DNA of 26,810 bases, from NCBI GenBank assembly GCA_039030675.1, contig JBCCDR010000001.1, positions 1-26,810 on the forward strand. The letters are read 5' to 3'. A model generated the notes under the pieces. The model had not been told where the DNA came from. It was given only the letters and a program-made list of their open reading frames with translations, and did no database searches. Each line of letters opens with the position of its first letter. The stretch's first letter is position 1. This DNA comes from Pseudomonadota bacterium. Its GTDB lineage: Bacteria > Pseudomonadota > Alphaproteobacteria > Sphingomonadales > CAKZYD01. Made by a program: the position numbers and the translations under genes. Of this stretch, positions 16,674-23,552 are shown in pieces.

Positions 16674-17918
16674 TTAGAATGTGTTGGCTTTTTCGGCGCG
16701 CCCGTTTGAATTTGGAACAGCTGTTTGCGCAGGCGGAAGATTCAGCAAGGTGCGTTTTTCTGCGTCACTTAAAAAGTCTGCGCTGGCAATACGGCGCCAA
16801 TGGGCGTCGCGGTCTTCTGCGAGCGCTGGGATGGTCATATCATCCAGCTGCAACTCAAAGGTCGGCGCATAGGGCTGCAAGAGCCATTGGTTGAAGGCAT
16901 CAATGACCTGTTTGAGCAGTGGCAATACCGTCAGGCGCCACAAGGCTTTGTTGGCTTCTTGATAATTGGCATAGGTGTTATCGCCTGGAATGCCCAGCAG
17001 CATGGGCGGCACGCCAAGGGCAAGCGCGATGTCGCGGGCAGCGGCCTGCTTCGTAGACTGGAAATCCATGTCAGAGGGCGAGAAGCCCATAGGCTGCCAG
17101 CTCAGGCCGCCTTCTAAAATCATTGGCCGGCCGGCATTGGCCTGGCCTTGAAAATTCTCTTCAATCTGAGCGCGCAGCCGGTCGAACTGTTCATCCGTCA
17201 TGGTCGGCCAGCCGCTTTCAGATTTAAGGACCAGCGCCCCTGACGGGCGCGCGGCATTGTCCAAAAGCGCCTTTGACCAGCCATCCGCCGCCGCGTGCAG
17301 CCCCAAAGCGCGGGTGGCTGCTTGCAGGGCCGATTGCCCATAATAGTCATCCAGCGGATTGGGCGTTTTGAGATGCAAAATACGGCTTTTTCCCGTGACC
17401 GGGTCGACCGGAAAGTCCGTGGATTGACCGCCTACTTTGTACACATAGCGGTCTGGCCAGCCCGAGCGGCCCGGCTTTATTTCCATACGTTCTGGGCGAA
17501 GCGCGTAGAGTTCAAGTGGCCGCTCATCCTCTGGGGCCAGCACCTTCTCAATATAGGCGTTGCCGTGCAAGAGCAGATGGCTAATCACACTTTCGGTAAA
17601 AGCCGTCCGGCTGGTGAGCGGGTTTGGGCAGCGCAGGAGACGCAGCAAGGCATCCTCCTGCACCAAATCGCCTTCGTCATAGAGTTTCCAGCCAATGGAG
17701 GCGGCGCTTTGAGTCACAAGGCGCACGCAGCGCTGCACGACCGGGTTGCCGCTCAGCGCGTCCTTCGCGCTGGCTGTATAGGACCAGCTGGGCCACCTGT
17801 CCCCCAGCTCGCGCCAGACGGCATGGCCGGTAGCCGCGGCCGCACTGGCTTTGCGCTGCGAAGGCGCAGCGTGGCTTGCCGTATTAGGGCTGGATTTTGC
17901 CTTAGACCAAAATGGCAT
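16674..17918 (-). CDS. HK97-family portal protein (GTA g3-like)
   Basis: NPVVQRCVRLV, LL.CPNP, LLLHGNAYIE, ELYALRPERM, NPLDDYYGQS, NAARPSGALV, NAGRPMILEGGLSWQPMGFSP.DMDF and GVPPMLLGIPGDNTYANYQEAN. RBS AAGGA. Confidence 0.97.
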   Translation of the reverse strand: MPFWSKAKSSPNTASHAAPSQRKASAAAATGHAVWRELGDRWPSWSYTASAKDALSGNPVVQRCVRLVTQSAASIGWKLYDEGDLVQEDALLRLLRCPNPLTSRTAFTESVISHLLLHGNAYIEKVLAPEDERPLELYALRPERMEIKPGRSGWPDRYVYKVGGQSTDFPVDPVTGKSRILHLKTPNPLDDYYGQSALQAATRALGLHAAADGWSKALLDNAARPSGALVLKSESGWPTMTDEQFDRLRAQIEENFQGQANAGRPMILEGGLSWQPMGFSPSDMDFQSTKQAAARDIALALGVPPMLLGIPGDNTYANYQEANKALWRLTVLPLLKQVIDAFNQWLLQPYAPTFELQLDDMTIPALAEDRDAHWRRIASADFLSDAEKRTLLNLPPAQTAVPNSNGRAEKANTF

Positions 17919-17964
17919 GCGGGCATCCTTTGTATATCATCATCATTGTCTCAGCAGTGTGGGC

Positions 17965-18033
17965 GGAAAGGGCGCGCCCTGCGCGATGCGGAGGGAGCTG
18001 AGGGGAGGCCCGCACGCTCAGCGCGCCCTTTCC
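17965..18033. other. Long imperfect hairpin in the terL-portal intergenic region
   Basis: Perfect 13-bp inverted repeat GGAAAGGGCGCGC (17965-17977) / GCGCGCCCTTTCC (18021-18033), with further inner pairing (GCG-A-TGCGG / CCGCA-CGC) around an 18-nt loop. No U-tract on either side. Confidence 0.7.
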
Positions 18034-18080
18034 CTGGAGCGCAGATGCTACGAACGGTCTGCACCATGCGCTCCAGTATT

Positions 18081-19412
18081 TTATTGCTTTGGCGGCCAGC
18101 GATTGAGGCTGCGCACACCCGGCGTTTTGCGCGCGCCCAGCAGCAAGTCTGTGAGCGCCCAGACCAGCGCGTCCATGCGGTCCGGGCTCTTGTTGCTGCC
18201 TGGCACAAAGGCCGTCATTTCGTCTTCCAGGTCTGCAAAGCGGCCCACATGGTGGATGCGCCCTTGCTCATAAAGCGCGGCCACCGGCTCAGCGCGGACC
18301 CATTTGCCGCGGCTGGCATGGACGCCGCGATAAGGCAGGTGTGAGTCTTTGGCGCGCAGCATGGTCTCGACCAAATCGCCGCCTTGGTTGACCTCAGCGA
18401 CCAGACGGTCTGCGCCGAACCGGTCGACAGCATTCAGCGCCGCGCAGGCCCAGCGGTCAGGGCTTGCCGCCGATAGGCTGACATCGGCAAGCACATAGCC
18501 GTGCCCAGCGCTATCGCACCCAGCGACAATGATGCCGCAGGTGTCAGAGCGCGCATGACTGGTCACCGCGGGGTCCACGGCGACGACGATACGCGTGAGA
18601 CTTTGCGGCGCCTGGTCTAGGCGGGCCTCGTCAATCAGCGCATGTGTCCACAGCGCGCCTTCTCTGTCTTCCAGCAGCGTGCCTTCAAGTTCCTGCGCGC
18701 CGAGCCGCGTGCCAGCGTAGCGATTTTCCATTTCCGCCACAAAAGCGCCGGCCAGATTGCTTGTGTTCGCCCAGGTGCTGCCGCGGGTGACCACAGTGCC
18801 CTCCCGCGCCATGAGCGCTTTAAGGAACGGCAGGGGCCGCGGCGTGGTTGTCACCATGGCTTGCGGCGTATCGCCGAGGCGCAGGCCCATCCACATCATA
18901 TCCCAAAAGGCTTGGGCATGGGAGCATTTCGCCAGCTCATCCACCCAGGCCGCACTGTGCTGCGGTCCGCGCAGCGCTTCTGGCTGCTCAGCAGAAAAAA
19001 GATGTCCTGTCGCGCCATTGGGCCAGAGCAAAAGCTGCCGTGAAGGCTCAAAGCGCGGGCGCTCACTGGCCGGCGATATGGCAATCACGCCAGAGGGCCC
19101 TTCCACCATCACAGCGCGGGTCTGCGCATAGGTTGCGCCGGCAATGGCAATGCGCGCGTCATCCTCGCGGGCTTTCGCGCGCACCCATTCCGCGCCCATG
19201 CGGGTTTTGCCAAAGCCGCGGCCGGCGAGGACCAACCAGCACAGCCAAGGTCCTGGCGGGGGCAGCTGGTCCGGCCGCGCCCAAAACCGCCATTCATGCT
19301 CCAGCGCTTCTATATCGCACGGGTGCAGCGCGCTGAGAACTTCGGTGCGCGCATCGGGCGGTAAATCGGCAAGGCGCTCTGCAATGGACCGCGTATCAAT
19401 GGCCTGCGTCAA
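18081..19412 (-). CDS. Terminase large subunit (GTA g2-like)
   Basis: Walker A LAGRGFGKT, LRGPQH..AWVDELAK (Walker B), VTTTPRP, LGAQELEG, IVVAVDPA, AEVNQGGD and SPDRMDALVWAL. Confidence 0.97.
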   Translation of the reverse strand: MTQAIDTRSIAERLADLPPDARTEVLSALHPCDIEALEHEWRFWARPDQLPPPGPWLCWLVLAGRGFGKTRMGAEWVRAKAREDDARIAIAGATYAQTRAVMVEGPSGVIAISPASERPRFEPSRQLLLWPNGATGHLFSAEQPEALRGPQHSAAWVDELAKCSHAQAFWDMMWMGLRLGDTPQAMVTTTPRPLPFLKALMAREGTVVTRGSTWANTSNLAGAFVAEMENRYAGTRLGAQELEGTLLEDREGALWTHALIDEARLDQAPQSLTRIVVAVDPAVTSHARSDTCGIIVAGCDSAGHGYVLADVSLSAASPDRWACAALNAVDRFGADRLVAEVNQGGDLVETMLRAKDSHLPYRGVHASRGKWVRAEPVAALYEQGRIHHVGRFADLEDEMTAFVPGSNKSPDRMDALVWALTDLLLGARKTPGVRSLNRWPPKQ

Positions 19413-19879
19413 GATTGCGGCGTCTCGCCCTTCGCGCGGCGTTTTTCAATGCGCTCAAGGGCGTCCACAAGACGTTGATAGGCATCATCGCGCTTGGCTT
19501 GGTCTGCCTCGGGGCAGGCCACATCGGCCATGGCTGTCTTGAGGCTGCCATAGACCTCCGGGCGATGCGACTTGAGAAGAAACATAGCAAGACTGTCCGA
19601 ATAGCTGGTCACCACGCCGATGGGCTTGCCTTGATAGAACTGCGTGCTCTGCGTGCCTTCAATGGCGCGGCGAATGAGTTCAGCTTCAAGGGCGTCGAGT
19701 GCCAGTTGCATGGCCTGCGACCACTGCGCGGCAAAGTCAGCATCATCGCGCTTGGCCGCGTAGATGGCCGTGCGAGACACACCAACATGTTCGCAGCTGA
19801 GCGTGACATTCGCGCTTTCAGACAAAGCAGACAAGAAGTCAGCCTTGTGCTGCTTATTTAACCGGGTGGCGCTGGGCAT
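19409..19879 (-). CDS. Terminase small subunit (GTA g1-like, HTH)
   Basis: FL.AL.ESANVT.SCE.VGVSR..IY..KR.D.DFA.QW, LEAELIRRAIEG and YSDSLAMFLLK.HRPE.Y. ATGA overlap with terL. Start reassigned to ATG 19879 because the track's start (19945) lies inside the predicted promoter. Confidence 0.85.
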   Translation of the reverse strand: MPSATRLNKQHKADFLSALSESANVTLSCEHVGVSRTAIYAAKRDDADFAAQWSQAMQLALDALEAELIRRAIEGTQSTQFYQGKPIGVVTSYSDSLAMFLLKSHRPEVYGSLKTAMADVACPEADQAKRDDAYQRLVDALERIEKRRAKGETPQS

Positions 19880-19931
19880 TGTTTTTGGGGGTTCGCTTGT
19901 GCTGTGGGCCGATTTGTCGACCTTGAAATAA

Positions 19932-19960
19932 CTTATACGGTACACTGTGACGCTTGTAAA
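19932..19960 (-). promoter_or_regulatory. Near-consensus sigma70 promoter of the GTA operon
   Basis: TTTACA (19960-19955), 17-nt spacer, TATAAG (19937-19932), each 5/6 to consensus, in an AT-rich island. Predicted TSS about 19925. Confidence 0.7.
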
Positions 19961-20107
19961 GAAGTATTTTACCTATTTGGTACTTTTTTCGGTCTTTCGG
20001 ATTTATCTCGCATTTGAATGAAAGTGGATTTGTTAGGCGCCCAGCATTGCGGCATCTTCCTGCCATCGAGTGCAGCCAAAGGCGCTGCGTTTGGGAGGGA
20101 ACATATC

Positions 20108-20362
20108 ATGCGGACTATTCTTGCTGCGATCATTGGCTTAGCCGGACTCACCATCCCAACCAGTGTTGGCGCCAGTGACATGTCTCTCTTAGAAGCGCAG
20201 ACCTATACGGAGCAAACCGCCGCACGGCGCAGCGCGCACATGGCCTATAAACAGCGCCTCGCCATGGAAGAGGCCGCCGCAACCAACACAGCAAAAGCAA
20301 TGGTTGCCATCAGCGTAGCAGTCAGCGCCGCCTGTGAAGGCAGCTGTGTGCTCCTGCCGTAA
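20108..20362 (+). CDS. Small exported protein of unknown function (84 aa, C-terminal CxxxC)
   Basis: RBS GGAGG and ATG 20108 (shorter than the track ORF). Signal peptide MRTILAAIIGLAGLTIPTSVGA. Followed by its own terminator. Confidence 0.75.
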   Translation: MRTILAAIIGLAGLTIPTSVGASDMSLLEAQTYTEQTAARRSAHMAYKQRLAMEEAAATNTAKAMVAISVAVSAACEGSCVLLP

Positions 20363-20401
20363 AAAATTCTTCTCCAAACTTTAAGTTTCTTGCCCCACCT
20401 C

Positions 20402-20431
20402 AGGAGCGCCTTCGGGCGCTCCTCTTTTTTT
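20402..20431 (+). terminator. Intrinsic terminator of the 84-aa gene
   Basis: AGGAGCGCC-TTCG-GGCGCTCCT: a perfect 9-bp stem with a cUUCGg tetraloop, then CTTTTTTT. No U-tract in the minus direction. Confidence 0.9.
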
Positions 20432-20444
20432 GTGCTGTAGCCGG

Positions 20445-21209
20445 CTATAAGCGCCCAGCGCGCAAGCCATAAAAATCAACAAGCCGCTCAAGCCCAAAGC
20501 TTAAGATGAGTTTGGCCGAGCGACGCGGCCAGTCGAGGGCAGCTTCGGCATCGGCGATGCTCTGCTCAGCGCAGCACACCCGTATGAGCACGTCCGAAAG
20601 CCCAGCGCCGCAATGGTCCATGGCCGCCGCCACACGGTCCTTGGCGCGCAAAGCGCCGGGCGGCAAGTCTGGCTGCAGGGGCGCGCCGCGGCGGCCACGT
20701 TCGGGCGGGGTTTCTGACCATGACATGCACACCCGGGGCCCCAGTTGCGCCATCTCCCAATCCTGCCGAAGCCGCTCACCTGCTGCAAATTGCAAATCGC
20801 TGATGAGCGGCACACCCTTGCGGTCTTTGCGCGCGCGCAGCCACCACAGCGGCGATTCAGCCCGGTTGACCGTCACCGCCTGTTTGCGTCCTTCAATCTC
20901 GCGTGTTTCCTTCACGCGGTCTTGGTGCTGGGCTGCAAAGGCCGTGTTGGCATCAGGCCCTTGCTCAAAGCGAATGCGCTCGACCTTTTTAGTTCCGAGC
21001 GGGGTGAGTTTGACATAGCCTGCGTCCAGGACTGCCAGCTCCATCTGGGTAAACTTGTCAATCACAGAGCCGGGGACGGTCATGGCGCCGAGCTTGCCAT
21101 GGCCACTTTCTTCCAGACGCAGACGCTTGCCTTTGGCCAGGCGCATAAGCACGCGTTTTTCAAAGTCTGTGAGGGACCATTTGTGGCGGCGGTTGTGGGG
21201 GGTCAGCAT
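20445..21209 (-). CDS. DUF6456 domain protein, GafA/GafZ-like GTA transcription activator/antiterminator candidate, with a small N-terminal winged-helix-like region
   Basis: VTVNRAESPLWWLRARKD, QFAAGERLRQDWEMAQLGPRVCMSW, AKDRVAAAMDHCGAGLSDVLIRVCC, AE.ALDWPRRSAKLIL..GLERL..FY match DUF6456. Start at the second ATG (21209), 7 nt after GGAG. Orthology to GafZ is inferred. Confidence 0.82.
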   Translation of the reverse strand: MLTPHNRRHKWSLTDFEKRVLMRLAKGKRLRLEESGHGKLGAMTVPGSVIDKFTQMELAVLDAGYVKLTPLGTKKVERIRFEQGPDANTAFAAQHQDRVKETREIEGRKQAVTVNRAESPLWWLRARKDRKGVPLISDLQFAAGERLRQDWEMAQLGPRVCMSWSETPPERGRRGAPLQPDLPPGALRAKDRVAAAMDHCGAGLSDVLIRVCCAEQSIADAEAALDWPRRSAKLILSFGLERLVDFYGLRAGRL

Positions 21210-21245
21210 TTTCATTCTCCAGCTAGCACAATTAGAGATTCAATT

Positions 21246-21260
21246 TTATTGGACAATTAA
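21246..21260. promoter_or_regulatory. CtrA box-like site upstream of the DUF6456 gene
   Basis: TTAT-TGGACAA-TTAA, one mismatch to TTAA-N7-TTAA, about 37 nt upstream of the DUF6456 start. The region is AT-rich, so a chance match is possible. Confidence 0.35.
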
Positions 21261-21262
21261 TC

Positions 21263-21291
21263 TTGTAGGACAGCATTTTTTCACCTATATG
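21263..21291 (+). promoter_or_regulatory. Candidate sigma70 promoter of the XRE repressor gene
   Basis: TTGTAG (21263-21268), 17-nt spacer, TATATG (21286-21291), then RBS GAGGAG and ATG 21313. Confidence 0.45.
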
Positions 21292-21312
21292 GATTTTTAT
21301 TGAGGAGCTGAC

Positions 21313-21885
21313 ATGCAAAACCGGATTCGCGCTTTGCGGAAGGAGCGCGGCTGGACCCTGAGCGACCTGGCCGCCCGCATCACACCTGACCCGCCCACGG
21401 CGCAAACCATCGCCCGGCTTGAAACAGGGACCAGAACGCTGTCCTTGCCGTGGCTGGAAAAGATTGCAGCCGCCCTAGAGGTGGACCCGCAAGCACTGCT
21501 CACGCTGTCCGACGGCCCTAGCAGTCCTATTTTGGGCTCTGTCGGCCCAGCGGGCATCACCGCAGGCAAAACGCCGCCAGAAATTGACTTATCCGTGCTG
21601 GCGAAAGACCCGGTGGCGCTTGACTTCGAAACACCGCGCGGGCGCTTTCAGGCGGGGGATTTGGTGATTTTTGATAAAGCACAGCCCTATAGCGGCGGCA
21701 TCTTAGATGAGGGATTGGTCCTGAGCGAGGACGGACGCTTGCTGTTCGGCAGCATCTTCCCGGGCGCAGACGATGGGCAGCTGTTAATCGCAACGCCAGC
21801 GCCGCATGCCGGCCTGCATGACATTAGTGGCTGCCAATGGAGCGCAAGCGCCGTGTGCGTCATTCGCCGGCTTGGCCAAGACTAG
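21313..21885 (+). CDS. XRE/CI-like HTH transcriptional repressor with a degenerate S24-like C-terminal domain (RogA-like candidate)
   Basis: NRIRALRKERGWTLSDLAARI...TAQTIARLETGTRTLSLPWLEKIAAALEVDPQALL is a clear HTH_3. The C-terminal FQAGDLVIFD segment aligns by eye with the S24 'GD.V.VD' motif. Divergent from the DUF6456 gene. Confidence 0.88.
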   Translation: MQNRIRALRKERGWTLSDLAARITPDPPTAQTIARLETGTRTLSLPWLEKIAAALEVDPQALLTLSDGPSSPILGSVGPAGITAGKTPPEIDLSVLAKDPVALDFETPRGRFQAGDLVIFDKAQPYSGGILDEGLVLSEDGRLLFGSIFPGADDGQLLIATPAPHAGLHDISGCQWSASAVCVIRRLGQD

Positions 21886-21907
21886 CGCGTCTTTAATCAT
21901 CCAACCC

Positions 21908-21951
21908 CGTCAAATTAGCGCATTGACGCTCACGGAAAGCCAGCGCATAGG
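21908..21951 (+). promoter_or_regulatory. Candidate promoter and operator of the acyl-CoA dehydrogenase gene
   Basis: Inverted repeat CGTCAA-N9-TTGACG (21908-21928) whose right arm is a -35-like hexamer, 17 nt upstream of CATAGG (21946-21951). Confidence 0.35.
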
Positions 21952-21987
21952 CGAAGGATATTCCTTCGATTTAAAGGGCCTGGCCAC

Positions 21988-23124
21988 ATGCTTAAAGACC
22001 GTCCAATCTACGACAGTGACCACACGATGTTTCGCGATTCGGTGCGCAAGTTCTTTGACAAAGAGCTGCACCCTAACGTCGAGCGCTGGGAAGAGCAGGG
22101 CAAGGTCGACCGCGACTTTTGGACCAAGTCTGGCGAAGCGGGCCTGCTATGCCCCACTGTGCCGGAAGAGTTTGGGGGCCCAGGGCTGGATTTTCGCTTC
22201 AACGCAGTGGTGGCTGAGGAGCTGGCCTATGCAGGCTCATCGGCTGGCTTGACGCTGCAATCCGACATTTGCGCTGATTATCTTGTGGCCTATGGCAGCC
22301 CCGAGCAGCAAACCAAGTGGCTGCCGAAGGTCGTCTCAGGCGAAGCTGTGATGGCGATTGCCATGACCGAGCCAGGCGCAGGCTCTGACCTGCAGGGTGT
22401 GCGCACCACGGCCAAGCGAGACGGCAACCATTATGTCATCAACGGGCAGAAAACCTACATCACCAACGGCCAGCATGCCGACCTTATCATCGTGGTGGCA
22501 AAGACAGACCCGGACAGAGGCGCAAAGGGCACGTCGCTGATTCTGGTGGAAGCTGACCGGGAAGGCTTCGAACGCGGTCGCAACCTCGATAAAATCGGCC
22601 AGCATACGGCCGATACCTCTGAACTGTTTTTCGACAATGTGCGCGTGCCCATCACCAATTGCCTGGGCGAGGAAAACCAAGGCTTTATTTATCTGATGAG
22701 CCAGCTGCCCCAGGAACGGCTATCGATTGCTGTCAGCGCTCAAGCGGGCGCGCAGCGCGCTTTTGACATCACGCTTGATTTCGTCAGGGAGCGCAAAGCC
22801 TTTGGCAAGACCGTTCTGGACTTTCAAAACACGCGTTTCTTGCTCGCGGACCTGAAAACAAAACTGCAAGTGGGCTGGGCGCAGTTAGACAGCTGCATTG
22901 CCAAGCATCTGAAAGGCGAGCTCGACGCCTATGAAGGTGCGTCGGCCAAGCTGTGGCACACAGAGTTGCAGTGGGAGACGCTGGACACATGCCTGCAGCT
23001 GCATGGCGGCGCTGGCTATATGAATGAGTATGAAATCGCCAGGCTGTGGCGCGATGCGCGCGTGCAGCGCATTTACGGCGGCACGTCAGAAATCATGAAA
23101 GAGTTGATTGGCCGCTCGCTCTAA
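21988..23124 (+). CDS. Acyl-CoA dehydrogenase
   Basis: AIAMTEPGAGSDLQG, INGQKTYITNG, GFERGRNLDKIGQH..DTSELFFDNVRVP, ERLSIA, RKAFGK....FQ, QLHGGAGYM.EY.IARLWRDARVQRIYGGTSEIMK. Confidence 0.97.
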   Translation: MLKDRPIYDSDHTMFRDSVRKFFDKELHPNVERWEEQGKVDRDFWTKSGEAGLLCPTVPEEFGGPGLDFRFNAVVAEELAYAGSSAGLTLQSDICADYLVAYGSPEQQTKWLPKVVSGEAVMAIAMTEPGAGSDLQGVRTTAKRDGNHYVINGQKTYITNGQHADLIIVVAKTDPDRGAKGTSLILVEADREGFERGRNLDKIGQHTADTSELFFDNVRVPITNCLGEENQGFIYLMSQLPQERLSIAVSAQAGAQRAFDITLDFVRERKAFGKTVLDFQNTRFLLADLKTKLQVGWAQLDSCIAKHLKGELDAYEGASAKLWHTELQWETLDTCLQLHGGAGYMNEYEIARLWRDARVQRIYGGTSEIMKELIGRSL

Positions 23125-23162
23125 GACAAGTCTAGAGCGCACCGACTGAGAAAGGGACACGC

Positions 23163-23552
23163 ATGGCACTTCCTGTCACGACAACACTCGCAGCGGTCTT
23201 AGGGCTCATGCTGATTTGGCTGAAATTCCGCGCCATTGGACAGCGTGTGAAATCCGAGGCGCCCTTGGGCGAGACGGCGAGCACAAGTCTGCAAGTTGCT
23301 GTGCGCACCCACGGGAACTTTAGTGAGAACGCGCCGCTGGCCGTCATTTTGATTGGCCTGCTTGAATTTGGCGGGGCCCCGGCCCTGCTGGTCATGGGCC
23401 TTGCGGGCGTGTTTGTGTTTGCGCGGATTATGCATCCCATTGGCATGGGCATGGAAAAAACACCCAATGCCCCGCGCGTTATGGGCGTCATGCTCACCAG
23501 CGCTGTTTTTGTGGTCGGCGGGCTCTATGCGCTCTACATGGTCTTGGTATGA
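23163..23552 (+). CDS. MAPEG family membrane protein
   Basis: VRTHGNFSENAP (R-x-H-x-N-x-x-E) motif, several TM helices, ARIMHPIG. Confidence 0.9.
   Translation: MALPVTTTLAAVLGLMLIWLKFRAIGQRVKSEAPLGETASTSLQVAVRTHGNFSENAPLAVILIGLLEFGGAPALLVMGLAGVFVFARIMHPIGMGMEKTPNAPRVMGVMLTSAVFVVGGLYALYMVLV

Larger units (their letters stand above)
995..19879 (-). mobile_element. RcGTA-like gene transfer agent head-tail gene cluster (domesticated prophage-derived; regulators adjacent up to 21885)
   Basis: Complete co-oriented terS-terL-portal-protease-capsid-connector-tail-baseplate order matching RcGTA g1-g15. The tape measure is very short (207 aa). No integrase, att, replication or lysis genes are seen, and host metabolic genes flank it directly. 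A defective prophage cannot be formally excluded from sequence alone. Confidence 0.88.

Noticed and set aside
19880-19945. Longer TerS start given by the ORF track (GTG 19945)
   Set aside because: It lies between the predicted -35 and -10 elements, upstream of the predicted TSS. ATG 19879 gives a typical TerS N-terminus.
19921-20030. IHF site at the GTA promoter, as in C. crescentus
   Set aside because: The region is AT-rich but I found no acceptable match to WATCAR-N4-TTR on either strand by eye.
995-21885. Interpretation as an active temperate prophage
   Set aside because: There is no integrase, att repeat, replication, recombination or lysis gene; the tape measure is 207 aa; gene order and families match RcGTA; and host genes flank it directly. 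A GTA is favoured but not proven without particle DNA sequencing.
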